This document shows positions 1 to 10,126 of a stretch of 64,000 bases of DNA, piece after piece. The stretch's first letter is position 1, and the number at the start of each line of letters is the position of its first letter. Origin of the DNA: Eubacterium sp. (lineage in GTDB: Bacteria; Bacillota; Clostridia; Lachnospirales; Lachnospiraceae). A program made the position numbers and the translations under genes. The stretch covers positions 23,258 through 87,257 of the forward strand of contig JAFUBZ010000017.1 of the NCBI GenBank assembly GCA_017459945.1. The letters run 5' to 3'. Under the pieces are notes generated by a model. The model was not told where the DNA came from. It ran no database searches and saw only the letters and a list, made by a program, of their open reading frames with translations.

Positions 1-542
1 TTTACGAAGCGCAGCAAAATGAGGGCATCAGGGATCCGGTTAAGGTGTATGAGTATCTTCACAGATTCTATGTCGTAGAAGGCAACAAGAGAGTTTCCGT
101 GCTGCGCTATCTGAATGCACCTGTGATTCAGGCTGAAGTGACCCGGATCATGCCATTGAATGATGACGATCCGGATATTGCGGTTTATTATGAATTCTTA
201 GAGTTCTTTGGGCGTGCGCCGATCTATGAACTGCAGTTTTCAAAAGAAGGCGATTATCGGAAACTTGAAAAAATGATAGGGATTGAAGAGGGGACTGTCT
301 GGCCGTCGGATCTGGTGAGGATGGTGAAAAGCGCGTTTTATTGTTTTGAAGAGATTTATTTAAAACGGGAACACTATCATTTGTCTGTGTCAGATGCCTT
401 CCTGGTATTCCTTAGTTTTTACCCGATCGGCAGTTTGCTGGAAAACGGGGAGCATGAGATTAAAAAGATGATGGATCGGATCAGAAAGATCCTGTATATG
501 AAGGTGGAGTGGGGAGATGAAGATTCTGATCATAGCAGATGA
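1..542 (+). CDS. 5'-truncated protein with ParB-like motif (resembles N-terminal region of Lachnospiraceae proteins annotated BMP-family)
   Basis: Frame is open back to the window start (..EGIRDPVKVYEYLHRFYVVEGNKRVSV..); EGNKR resembles the ParB/Srx DGxxR motif; overlaps next gene. Confidence 0.55.
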   Translation, partial: YEAQQNEGIRDPVKVYEYLHRFYVVEGNKRVSVLRYLNAPVIQAEVTRIMPLNDDDPDIAVYYEFLEFFGRAPIYELQFSKEGDYRKLEKMIGIEEGTVWPSDLVRMVKSAFYCFEEIYLKREHYHLSVSDAFLVFLSFYPIGSLLENGEHEIKKMMDRIRKILYMKVEWGDEDSDHSR

Positions 543-1107
543 GGAAGATCCCTATCTTTGGAGCAGGACAAGAGAAGATCACCCGGAGACGGACCTGATC
601 TTATCCTGTGGGGACCTGGAATCGGCATATCTGCAATATCTGGTTACAGTCTTTAATTGCCCCCTGCTGTATGTGTGCGGGAATCATGATACGCATTACA
701 AAGACCGACCGCCGGAGGGATGTATCTGTATTGAAGATATGGTTTATGACTTTCAGGGTCTTCGGATCCTGGGACTGGGTGGTTCCTTTCGGTACCGGCA
801 GGGAGAATATATGTACACGGAGCAGGAAATGCGGCGAAAGTATCGAAAGGCGTGGCGCTTCGTGAAAAAACATGGGGGATTTGATATCCTTCTGACGCAT
901 GCGCCGGCATTAGGGATGGGAGATCTGGATAATCTTTCGCACAGAGGGTTTCAGCTGTTTGAAAAACTGATCCGGAAATATCACCCGCGTTATCATGTAC
1001 ATGGTCATGTGCACCGCTCGTATGACAGCCTTTTTATCAGGGTACGGGAGTATGAGGGCGGAACGAAGGCGATCAATGCGTTTGGGAAATATTATCTGGA
1101 AATCTGA
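517..1107 (+). CDS. Calcineurin-like metallophosphoesterase
   Basis: Motifs IIADEE, CGD, GNHD, THAP, HGHVH. Confidence 0.85.
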   Translation: MKILIIADEEDPYLWSRTREDHPETDLILSCGDLESAYLQYLVTVFNCPLLYVCGNHDTHYKDRPPEGCICIEDMVYDFQGLRILGLGGSFRYRQGEYMYTEQEMRRKYRKAWRFVKKHGGFDILLTHAPALGMGDLDNLSHRGFQLFEKLIRKYHPRYHVHGHVHRSYDSLFIRVREYEGGTKAINAFGKYYLEI

Positions 1108-1145
1108 AATGGCATACGCTCAAATATGAGAGCAGGAGATGTACA

Positions 1146-3011
1146 ATGGGAGAAAATGCCCGGAAAAAAGAGAAGCGTTCAGATGAAGCCGTTTTTTTGA
1201 AACGTCTGAACGAGCATATGGATGAGTTAAAATGGCTCTATATGGAACTGTATGAGGATGAAGGAAGCTTTGAAGCATTGATACAGATGCTTTCGGACAG
1301 CTTCGGGGAAAGGCCGGCTGCATTAAAAGATCTTGACCGGGCCAGGGAGGAGGATCCGTCCTGGTATCGGACAAAGGATATGCTGGGGATGATCCTGTAT
1401 ACGGATTGTTTTGCAGAGGATCTGAAAGGGCTTAAGAAGCACCTTGGGTATATCGAGGAATGCGGGGTTAATCTGATTCATCTGATGCCGCTTTTGGAAT
1501 CACCCGAGGGGAGAAGTGACGGCGGTTATGCGGTTTCGGACTTCAGGAAAGTGCAGCCTGCGCTTGGGACGATGGAGGAGCTTGCAGAAGTAGCTGCGTT
1601 ATGTCATGAGAAGGAGATCCGGCTTTGTCTCGATTTTGTGATGAACCATACTTCTGAAGATCATGAATGGGCGCGGCGTGCGAAACGCGGGCAGCTGGAA
1701 TATCAGGACCGGTATTTCTTTTATCCTGACTGGGAGATCCCGGATCAGTTTGAACAGACCATGCCGGAAGTGTTCCCGACGACGGCACCCGGGAATTTTA
1801 CCTGGTGTGAAGAGGCAGGCAAGGTTGTCATGACAACCTTTTATCCTTATCAGTGGGATTTGAATTACCGTAATCCCGTTGTACTGTGTGAGATGACAGC
1901 AAACCTTTTGTATTTATGCAATCAGGGAATCGATATCATCCGACTTGACGCCGTTCCGTATATCTGGAAAACGCTTGGGACCAACTGCAGAAATCTGAAA
2001 GAAGTGCACAGTTTGACAAGGATCCTGCATCTTGCGGTGGAGATCGTCTGCCCGGGAACACTGCTTCTGGGGGAAGTTGTCATGGAGCCTGTAGAAGTGG
2101 TTCCGTATTTCGGTAAGGTTGGCAAGCCGGAATGCGATATGCTTTATAATGTGACAACGATGTGCACGATGTGGCATACAGTAGCGACAAAGGATGTACG
2201 CCTGTTACGGGATCAGCTCGACAAGGTGTTTGCACTGCCGAAGGAATATTGCTTTTTAAATTATCTGCGTTGTCATGATGATATCGGCTGGGGACTCGAT
2301 TATGAATTCCTGAAACAGTTTGGCCAGCTTGAGATTCCGCACAAGAGATATTTAAACGATTATTTCTGCGGGAATTATCCGGACTCCGATGCCAGAGGAG
2401 AGTTATACAATGATGATCCGCGCCTGAAGGATGCCAGACTTTGCGGGACGACCGCATCATTGGTGGGAATCGAAGCGGCTGAATATGAAAGAGACCAGGA
2501 AAAACTGAATCGGGCGATCCGCTATGATCTGATGCTCCACGCGTTTTTACTGACGCTTCGAGGTCTGCCGATCCTTTACGGAGGAGATGAGATCGGTCAG
2601 CTCAATGACTATTCTTATCACGGCGTTCCCGGGAAAAGGGAGGATTCCCGCTATATCCATCGGGGAAGAAGAAGCTGGGAAGAGACGGCACTGCGCCGGC
2701 TTGATGGAAGCAGACAGGAGAAGATCTTTACCGGCCTGAAAAAACTTGAACAGATCAGAGCGGCATATGATGTTTTCCTTGATGAGGCAGATTGTGAGAC
2801 GATCGATCTGTATAATGACAGTGTACTGGGGATCAAACGTCAATATGGAGATCAAACCCTGTATGGCCTGTTTCACTTTGGTACACAGGATGTAACGGTT
2901 GGAGTGGATGATGCAGGCGAAAAAAGAAATCTGTTAACAGGGGAAGTGTCGAAAGGAGACCGGATCCTTGTCCCTGCAGGAGATTTTCTTTGGCTGTTAA
3001 GCGGCAGATAA
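1146..3011 (+). CDS. GH13 amylosucrase / sucrose-active alpha-amylase family protein
   Basis: SDGGYAV, DFVMNHTS, IRLDAV (nucleophile), GEVVM, YLRCHDDIGW (amylosucrase-type), RLCGTTASL; aggag RBS. Confidence 0.85.
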   Translation: MGENARKKEKRSDEAVFLKRLNEHMDELKWLYMELYEDEGSFEALIQMLSDSFGERPAALKDLDRAREEDPSWYRTKDMLGMILYTDCFAEDLKGLKKHLGYIEECGVNLIHLMPLLESPEGRSDGGYAVSDFRKVQPALGTMEELAEVAALCHEKEIRLCLDFVMNHTSEDHEWARRAKRGQLEYQDRYFFYPDWEIPDQFEQTMPEVFPTTAPGNFTWCEEAGKVVMTTFYPYQWDLNYRNPVVLCEMTANLLYLCNQGIDIIRLDAVPYIWKTLGTNCRNLKEVHSLTRILHLAVEIVCPGTLLLGEVVMEPVEVVPYFGKVGKPECDMLYNVTTMCTMWHTVATKDVRLLRDQLDKVFALPKEYCFLNYLRCHDDIGWGLDYEFLKQFGQLEIPHKRYLNDYFCGNYPDSDARGELYNDDPRLKDARLCGTTASLVGIEAAEYERDQEKLNRAIRYDLMLHAFLLTLRGLPILYGGDEIGQLNDYSYHGVPGKREDSRYIHRGRRSWEETALRRLDGSRQEKIFTGLKKLEQIRAAYDVFLDEADCETIDLYNDSVLGIKRQYGDQTLYGLFHFGTQDVTVGVDDAGEKRNLLTGEVSKGDRILVPAGDFLWLLSGR

Positions 3012-3027
3012 AATGGGAGGAAACAGA

Positions 3028-3975
3028 ATGGATGTAATCGCGATGGGGGAAGTGCTGATCGACTTTGCCATGCGGGGAACAGATGAGAACGGATATCCTC
3101 TGATGCAGGCAAATCCGGGCGGCGCACCCGGTAATTATCTGGCGGCGCTTGCAAAATACGGATTCCGGACCGGATTTATCGGAAAAGTCGGAAATGATGC
3201 ATTTGGCCATATGTTAAAGCGTTCGCTAAGTGAGATCGGAATCGATACGACAGGGCTCCTGATGACAGACCGGGTGTTTACGACGCTTGCGTTTGTGACA
3301 TTTGATGAAAACGGAGACCGCTCCTTTAGCTTCGCGAGAAAGCCGGGGGCCGATACCGATCTGAGATTTGAGGAATGTGATCTTAAATTGATCGATCAGG
3401 CAAAGGTATTTCATTTCGGAACATTGTCTTTGACAGATGAGCCGGTGCGAACTGCGACCAAAAAGCTGGCGGCATATGCAAAGGATCAGGGCAAACTGAT
3501 CTCGTTTGATCCCAACCTGAGACTGCCGTTATGGGAAACAGAATCAGCCGCAAAGGAGAGTATTCTCTGGGGGCTCGTACAGGCGGATGTCGTAAAGATC
3601 AGCGATGAGGAAGTGGAATTCCTCTGGGGGATCAGTCCGAAAGAAGGGGCTGAAAAGATCCTGAACGAATATGATACAGGGCTTGTGTTTGTAACGCTTG
3701 GCCCGGAGGGATGTTTTTATGCAAACAAAAACGGATGCGGCATGGTGGCCGCACCCGCAGTCAATCCAATTGATACGACAGGCGCCGGTGATATTTTTGG
3801 CGGAAGTGCGATGAGCAGAATTCTGAAAACCGGAAAGGATCCAAAGGATCTGACGCTGGATGAAATGGAACAGATCGTCCGGTTCGCATCTGCCGCAGCC
3901 AGCCTTTCCACAGAAAGAGCCGGCGGGATGGGAAGTGTGCCTTCGGAAGAAGAGGTGCAGGATCTTACTTCGTAG
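3028..3975 (+). CDS. PfkB-family carbohydrate kinase (fructokinase-like)
   Basis: GGAPGN, FDPNLR, DTTGAGDIFGG; ggagg RBS favours ATG 3028 over 3013. Confidence 0.85.
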   Translation: MDVIAMGEVLIDFAMRGTDENGYPLMQANPGGAPGNYLAALAKYGFRTGFIGKVGNDAFGHMLKRSLSEIGIDTTGLLMTDRVFTTLAFVTFDENGDRSFSFARKPGADTDLRFEECDLKLIDQAKVFHFGTLSLTDEPVRTATKKLAAYAKDQGKLISFDPNLRLPLWETESAAKESILWGLVQADVVKISDEEVEFLWGISPKEGAEKILNEYDTGLVFVTLGPEGCFYANKNGCGMVAAPAVNPIDTTGAGDIFGGSAMSRILKTGKDPKDLTLDEMEQIVRFASAAASLSTERAGGMGSVPSEEEVQDLTS

Positions 3976-4858
3976 GATCCGCAGCCCTCTCGCGTGCTTG
4001 GTTTTTGCCAAATCCTGACAGCCCAAAGCACCCTGTGCCGCCATGCGTTGTGATGATGCTGCCACACTCGATCCAGTGGATCTTCGTAAATCCCAGTTCA
4101 CGCACGATCTTTTCAGCAAGCGCTTTATGCTCATCGGAAAAAGCAGGCGTATGACCAAGCCAGATCTCTGGCCGCCTGGTCTCGTATTCTTCAATAAAAT
4201 CGCGGATCATAGCCGGAAGAACACGGTTCATGCTTCCGCGATATTTTTTGCCTGCGATAAGGTATCCGTCGACCATTTTTACCATCGGATGGATCTTTAA
4301 GAGTTCTCCGACGAGCGCAGTAGCGTTTTTGACGCGTCCGCCGGCCTTCAGGAAATCAAATCCGTCCGGAACAAAACACATGCAGGCATGATCGGTCAGA
4401 TCCTGCGCAAAAGCCGCTGCTTCTTCCAGGCTGCAGTCAGGGTTTTCGGCAAGCATCTGTGCAGTCCGGATGATCACGGAGTACTGCCCATAGGAAAACA
4501 TCTGTGAATCCACCTGTACGAACTTCATCTGCGGACGTTCTTCCGCAGCCTGTCTGGCACATTCGTAAGAGCAGGTCGTCACTGCGGAGTATGCGATGTG
4601 CAGCACAGACGGATTCGGATCCTCTTCTATGATCGCATCAAAAACATTGGCGAAATCATAGGTCATCGCACCGCTCGTCGTTGGGATCGTCTTGGTGCGG
4701 TTATAATAATCGATTACTTCGCTCGGCGGAAATGTTCCGTCTTCCTTTGTTTCTTTTCCGAAATTTACATGCATCGGCGCGATGCGGATGTCGTATTGTT
4801 TTTGCAGATCAGGTGTGACGTCGCTTCCGCTCTCTGCAACCAGATAAATTTTTCCCAT
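3965..4858 (-). CDS. DegV family fatty-acid-binding protein
   Basis: ESGSD start, PTTSG, FLKAGGR, THGG C-terminal motif. Confidence 0.85.
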   Translation of the reverse strand: MGKIYLVAESGSDVTPDLQKQYDIRIAPMHVNFGKETKEDGTFPPSEVIDYYNRTKTIPTTSGAMTYDFANVFDAIIEEDPNPSVLHIAYSAVTTCSYECARQAAEERPQMKFVQVDSQMFSYGQYSVIIRTAQMLAENPDCSLEEAAAFAQDLTDHACMCFVPDGFDFLKAGGRVKNATALVGELLKIHPMVKMVDGYLIAGKKYRGSMNRVLPAMIRDFIEEYETRRPEIWLGHTPAFSDEHKALAEKIVRELGFTKIHWIECGSIITTHGGTGCFGLSGFGKNQARERAADPTK

Positions 4859-5063
4859 TGTTCGTTCCCCTCAATCATACGTATTCATAATCTGTCGCAG
4901 CTGTGCGGTCGTATACGTTTTTAGTTGTTTGCAATTACAGTATACCAATTATGGCGGGGAGTGGGAAGATGCGGAGAGAAATAAAAAAGAAACGGGCATG
5001 AAAACCCTGGAAATATGATATAATCCAATCGTTGATGAAAATGGCACGACAGGGAAATCGTAT

Positions 5064-8033
5064 ATGAGACACGAATCAATAGAGGCATTGCAGGAAGGCC
5101 TGAAAACAGCCTTCCTGGATCAAACAAATCAATCTAATCTGGCATATAAGCCACAGTTTTTGACGAACAATTATCAGGAGGGACAAAAGCTTCTTTCTAC
5201 ACTAGAGGAAGAGCTTCGCACCTGTGAATCGTTTGCCACCAGTGTGGCTTTTATTACATTGGGCGGGATCACACCATTGCTGCAGACACTTCAGGAACTG
5301 GAGAAGAAAGGCATTCCGGGAAGGATCCTGACAACGGATTATCTCAGCTTTTCAGAACCGCGTGCGTTGGAAGTGCTGAATGGATTAAGCAATATCGAAG
5401 TTCGGATGTATTGTACGGAAGAAGCGGTCGGTTTTCATACCAAGGGATATATTTTTCAAAAGGATTCCTTTTACCGTATCATCATCGGCAGTGCAAACAT
5501 GACGCAAAAGGCACTGACGATCAATCAGGAGTGGAATACGAAGATCGTTTCGACGAAGCAAGGGGAAATGGCTTCGCAGATCACACACGAATTTGAAAGC
5601 CTTTGGAACAGTGCTGCGTCAAAGAAGTTTGATGAATTCTTTGATCAATATCGAATCAAGTATCAGGTCACGAAAAAGCAGAGACAGATCGCAGCGCAGG
5701 GGAAAGTGGCTTCTTTTGATGCCTATCGTCTGCAACCGAACAGTATGCAGGTCGGCTTCATTAACAATCTGGAAAAGCTGGTGGAAGAAGGGGCTGATAA
5801 AGGACTGTTGATTTCCGCGACCGGCACCGGAAAGACCTATGCCTCTGCTTTTGGTATAAGAGATGTGTTGCTTTCGAATGCGATGAATGAGCGGGTCCTG
5901 TTCCTGGTACACAGAGAGCAGATCGCAAAGCAGGCGATGGAGACATTTCGCAAGGTATTTGGAAGCAATGTGGACTACGGTCTGCTTTCCGGAAATGCGA
6001 AGGACTTTGACGCACAGTTTCTGTTTTCAACGATGCAGATGATGTCAAAAGAGGATGTCATGCGCCGCTATGATCCCAAAGCGTTTTCCTGTATCATCTT
6101 GGATGAAGCACATAAAACAGGAGCAGCCAGTTATCAGAGAATCATGGACTATTTTAAACCGGATTTCTGGCTTGGGATGACTGCGAGTCCTGAACGGATG
6201 GATGATTTTGATGTGTTTGATCTCTTTGATCATAATATCGCTTATGAGATCCGTCTGCAGCAGGCAATGGAAGAAGATCTGCTTTGTCCGTTCCATTATT
6301 TTGGAATTACGGAGTTGGAAGTGGATGGAGAAGTCTTTGATGATGAAACCGGTGTCAGAAACTTCCGGTATCTTGTTTGTGATGAACGGGTAAACTATAT
6401 TATCAAACAGGCCGAATACTATGGTCACAGTGGGGAGCGTGTGAAGGGACTCATTTTCTGCAGTAGAAGAAATGAAGCAGAAGAACTGTCGGAAAAGTTT
6501 AACAGCCGGGGTTACCGCACCGTATTTCTTGGCGGGGACACGCCTCAGGATAAGCGGGAAGAGATGATGGATCGTCTCACGTCGGACCAACGCAAAGATT
6601 ATCTGGATTATATTTTCACGGTAGATATTTTCAATGAGGGTGTTGATCTTCCGGAGGTAAACCAGGTCATCATGCTGCGACCGACACAGAGTCCGATCAT
6701 TTTTGTACAACAGTTGGGACGCGGACTTCGTAAGGCAAATGACAAAGAATATGTTGTCGTACTGGATTTTATCGGAAATTATAAAAATAACTTTATGATC
6801 CCGATCGCTTTATCAGGCGACCGCAGTTATAATAAGGACAATGTTCGTCGATATGTGATGGAAGGGACACGGGTCATACCGGGAAGTTCCACGATCCATT
6901 TTGATGAGATTGCCAGAAAGCGGATTTTTGCGGCAATTGACACAGCGAATTTCAGTGATATTCGTCTGATCAAAGAGAATTATAAGAATTTGAAATATAA
7001 GCTTGGCCATATTCCGGGACTGATGGATTTTGACCGGTACGGCGAGATGGATGTGCTCCGGATCTTTGACAATAACAGTCTGGGGTCTTACTATAAGTTC
7101 CTGGTGAAATATGAAAAGGAATATACGGTCCGCTTAAATAAACATGAAGAAAAAGTGATCGAGTTTATCTCGAAAAAGCTGGCGAGTGGCAAGCGGATCT
7201 ATGAGATCGAATTGCTTGGTAGGATGCTTGCGTATCAAAGACTAAATCAGATACAAAGAGATCTGATCAAAGATTGGAGAACAGATCTTAAGGAGAAGTA
7301 TGAGCTTGATCCCGATGCTGTGGCGTGTCAAAATGTTGTGAATGTCATGACAAATGAGTTCCCTTCCGGCAGCGGGAAGAAGAGTTATGCGGACTGTGTT
7401 TTCCTGGAAGAAACAGACGATGGAGAGACGTATCGAGTTTCCGACACATTTGCGGTAATGCTTGCAAATCCTGACTTTTATGAGATGCTGCAGGAGCTGG
7501 TTGTTTTTGCGAGACATCGTTATGAGCGGGATTATAAAAACAGATATCGTGATACGGATTTTGTTTTATATCAGAAATATACCTATGAGGATGCCTGTCG
7601 GTTACTCGGATGGGATCATAATGAAGTGCCATTGAATATCGGCGGTTATAAATTTGATAAGAAGACAAAGACATTTCCGGTCTTTATCAATTATGACAAA
7701 GCGGATGACATTCAGGATACTGTAAAATACGAAGATCATTTCGTGGCACCGGATCGTCTGATCGCGATCTCAAAGAGCAACCGTACAAGACAGTCTGAGG
7801 ACGTGCAGAATTTTTTATATGCAAAAGAACGTGGTATTTCTGTAGAACTGTTTGTCAGGAAAAATAAAGATGATAAGATTTCGAAAGAGTTTTATTATCT
7901 TGGGCAAATGACAGCGACCGGAAATACCAGGGAATTTATCATGCCGAATACGACGTCGTCTGCAGTGGAGATTGAATGGGTACTGGATACGCCGGTACGG
8001 GGTGATCTTTATGAGTATATTACAAGCAGATGA
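5064..8033 (+). CDS. PLD nuclease-SF2 helicase-DUF3427 protein, SauUSI-like type IV (modification-dependent) restriction enzyme
   Basis: FHTKGY..GSANMT (HKD/PLD), ATGTGKT Walker A, DEAH, QQLGRGLR, C-terminal YEDHF..LFVRK..FYYLG. Confidence 0.8.
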   Translation: MRHESIEALQEGLKTAFLDQTNQSNLAYKPQFLTNNYQEGQKLLSTLEEELRTCESFATSVAFITLGGITPLLQTLQELEKKGIPGRILTTDYLSFSEPRALEVLNGLSNIEVRMYCTEEAVGFHTKGYIFQKDSFYRIIIGSANMTQKALTINQEWNTKIVSTKQGEMASQITHEFESLWNSAASKKFDEFFDQYRIKYQVTKKQRQIAAQGKVASFDAYRLQPNSMQVGFINNLEKLVEEGADKGLLISATGTGKTYASAFGIRDVLLSNAMNERVLFLVHREQIAKQAMETFRKVFGSNVDYGLLSGNAKDFDAQFLFSTMQMMSKEDVMRRYDPKAFSCIILDEAHKTGAASYQRIMDYFKPDFWLGMTASPERMDDFDVFDLFDHNIAYEIRLQQAMEEDLLCPFHYFGITELEVDGEVFDDETGVRNFRYLVCDERVNYIIKQAEYYGHSGERVKGLIFCSRRNEAEELSEKFNSRGYRTVFLGGDTPQDKREEMMDRLTSDQRKDYLDYIFTVDIFNEGVDLPEVNQVIMLRPTQSPIIFVQQLGRGLRKANDKEYVVVLDFIGNYKNNFMIPIALSGDRSYNKDNVRRYVMEGTRVIPGSSTIHFDEIARKRIFAAIDTANFSDIRLIKENYKNLKYKLGHIPGLMDFDRYGEMDVLRIFDNNSLGSYYKFLVKYEKEYTVRLNKHEEKVIEFISKKLASGKRIYEIELLGRMLAYQRLNQIQRDLIKDWRTDLKEKYELDPDAVACQNVVNVMTNEFPSGSGKKSYADCVFLEETDDGETYRVSDTFAVMLANPDFYEMLQELVVFARHRYERDYKNRYRDTDFVLYQKYTYEDACRLLGWDHNEVPLNIGGYKFDKKTKTFPVFINYDKADDIQDTVKYEDHFVAPDRLIAISKSNRTRQSEDVQNFLYAKERGISVELFVRKNKDDKISKEFYYLGQMTATGNTREFIMPNTTSSAVEIEWVLDTPVRGDLYEYITSR

Positions 8034-8066
8034 TCGAAAAAGGAGATCGGTAAATAGAGGTGTACA

Positions 8067-8462
8067 ATGAAAACAATTCGTGTTGTAGCAGCCGTGATAA
8101 AGGCTGAGAACAAAGAAAAACAGCCGGTGGTGTTCGCAACCCAGAGAGGGTATGGCGAATACAAGGACTGGTGGGAATTTCCGGGTGGAAAGATTGAAGC
8201 AGGCGAGACTCCACAGGAGGCACTCGTAAGAGAGATCCGGGAAGAACTCGATACAGAGATCCGTGTCGGAGAGTTCATCACGACCGTCGAATATGATTAT
8301 CCCGCATTTCATCTTTCGATGGACTGCTTCTGGTGTGAGATCATCTCCGGAGAGCTGTTGTTAAAAGAACATGAGGCAGCGCAGTGGCTGCCGCTGTCTG
8401 ATCTGCGGCAGGTGAACTGGCTGCCCGCAGATGTACTGGTCGTGGAATGCCTTGAAAACTAA
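8067..8462 (+). CDS. MutT-like NUDIX hydrolase
   Basis: Nudix box GGKIEAGETPQEALVREIREEL; WLPAD C-terminus. Confidence 0.9.
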   Translation: MKTIRVVAAVIKAENKEKQPVVFATQRGYGEYKDWWEFPGGKIEAGETPQEALVREIREELDTEIRVGEFITTVEYDYPAFHLSMDCFWCEIISGELLLKEHEAAQWLPLSDLRQVNWLPADVLVVECLEN

Positions 8463-9559
8463 GAAGCAGTATAATTGGATTTTGGCCGGAACAGTTTTCC
8501 GAACCGGTGTAACAGCGGCGTGATCGCAACGCTGATCGCAAGAACCAGCAGATAGATTTGCGGATATCCGGTATGCAGCCCTGCGGATTCGAAGATCCAG
8601 CGCAGGCACACATGCGTCAGATAGAGTTCCAGCGAGTAGGTTCCACACAGACGCAGGAATGCGCGCAGTTTTGAGGTTTGTGGGATTTTCATGATGATCA
8701 GCGTGACAAATGTCAGCATCGCCAGCCCGAAGAGGGCATCATAAGTCCGCCAGATGATCTGTCCGGCAGGAGAGGCCTGGATCAGGATCCGGCCGATAAA
8801 CGTGGCGATGATGAACACCCAGATGGCGGGCATGACCCAGCCCGGGCGATCGGTTTTTGGCTCTTTTACAGCTTTATAGACGATTGGCCCCAAATGGATG
8901 CCGATCAGCATGACCGGGATGCGCAGTACGCCGATGCGCATGTTCCAGTAAGCTTTTACATGGTGGACATCACAAAAGATCAGGATTCCCATGGAAACCA
9001 AAAGCAGGATGATCAGCAAAAACGTGCGCTTTTTGCAGCCTTTCCAGAGAAAATATAAAAACGGATAGGCGACATAAAAGGCCAGGATCGCGATCACATA
9101 CCAAAGGGAAACGATGCCTTTTGATGGGAATGAGACGAAAAAGACGTCTTTTAGCACATTGATCCAGCCGCGGTCACGGAAAACGGTATCGCACAGCCAC
9201 CAGTAGATGAATGCGACGACCAGATACTCCGGAAGGATCCGCAGGAAACGGTGCCTGTAAAACTGCCCAATCTTTTCGCTTTGGCAAAAGGAAAAGAACA
9301 GTCCGATGCCGGACAGCAGCAGGAAGATCTCCACGCCTACACTGCAAAAAAAGTCGTGGCAAATATGCATCAGGATCGAGCTGATGTTATAAGGTGGCAC
9401 TGCCAGTACGCCATTCTTACAGTCTGTGAGAAAACTCGAGGCGTAATGGTAGATCATGACATTGATAATGGAAAAACCGAACAGTTCGCCGCGCAGACTG
9501 CTGAACAGCGCGGGGCTGAAACGGATTGATTGGTTTGTTTTTGATATATTTGCACTCAT
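8459..9559 (-). CDS. Acyltransferase family 3 membrane protein
   Basis: LRG, GVEIFLLLSG, RFLRILP, SLWYV, YSLELYLTH; many TM helices. Confidence 0.8.
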   Translation of the reverse strand: MSANISKTNQSIRFSPALFSSLRGELFGFSIINVMIYHYASSFLTDCKNGVLAVPPYNISSILMHICHDFFCSVGVEIFLLLSGIGLFFSFCQSEKIGQFYRHRFLRILPEYLVVAFIYWWLCDTVFRDRGWINVLKDVFFVSFPSKGIVSLWYVIAILAFYVAYPFLYFLWKGCKKRTFLLIILLLVSMGILIFCDVHHVKAYWNMRIGVLRIPVMLIGIHLGPIVYKAVKEPKTDRPGWVMPAIWVFIIATFIGRILIQASPAGQIIWRTYDALFGLAMLTFVTLIIMKIPQTSKLRAFLRLCGTYSLELYLTHVCLRWIFESAGLHTGYPQIYLLVLAISVAITPLLHRFGKLFRPKSNYTAS

Positions 9560-9612
9560 GTATTGCAGTATACTGCAATATGTCTTTCGAGGGAAGAGAA
9601 AAAGGAGAGAAA

Positions 9613-10092
9613 ATGCTGATAAGAGAATATCGGCAGGAGGACCTGCCGGAGATCATTGCAATCTGGAATGATGTTGTGGAAGAGGGGATCGCGTTCCCGC
9701 AGGAAGACCTGCTTGACGAGACGACTGGGGCGGTGTTTTTTGCATCCCAGAGTTACACGGGCGTGGCGGAGCATGACGGCCGGATTGTGGGACTCTATAT
9801 CCTGCATCCGAATAATGTCGGAAGATGCGGCCATATCTGCAATGCGAGCTACGCGGTGGACGCTTCCTGCAGAGGGCTGCACATCGGTGAACAGCTTGTG
9901 ACAGACTGTCTGGCGCAGGCAAAAAAGATCGGGTTCCGCGTTTTACAGTTTAATGCGGTGGTGGAGAGCAATGTACATGCCAGACATCTGTATGAAAGAT
10001 TGGGTTTTGTGCAGCTTGGCACGATCCCGGAAGGCTTCCGGATGAAGGACGGCCATTATGAAAACATCTGTCCGTATTATCGTGTGCTGTAA
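9613..10092 (+). CDS. GNAT N-acetyltransferase
   Basis: CRGLHIG acetyl-CoA motif, FNAVVESN..LYERLGF; aaggag RBS before ATG 9613. Confidence 0.85.
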   Translation: MLIREYRQEDLPEIIAIWNDVVEEGIAFPQEDLLDETTGAVFFASQSYTGVAEHDGRIVGLYILHPNNVGRCGHICNASYAVDASCRGLHIGEQLVTDCLAQAKKIGFRVLQFNAVVESNVHARHLYERLGFVQLGTIPEGFRMKDGHYENICPYYRVL

Positions 10093-10126
10093 TGGTGGGA
10101 GTATGTCACGCTATGCTTTGTAAGAG

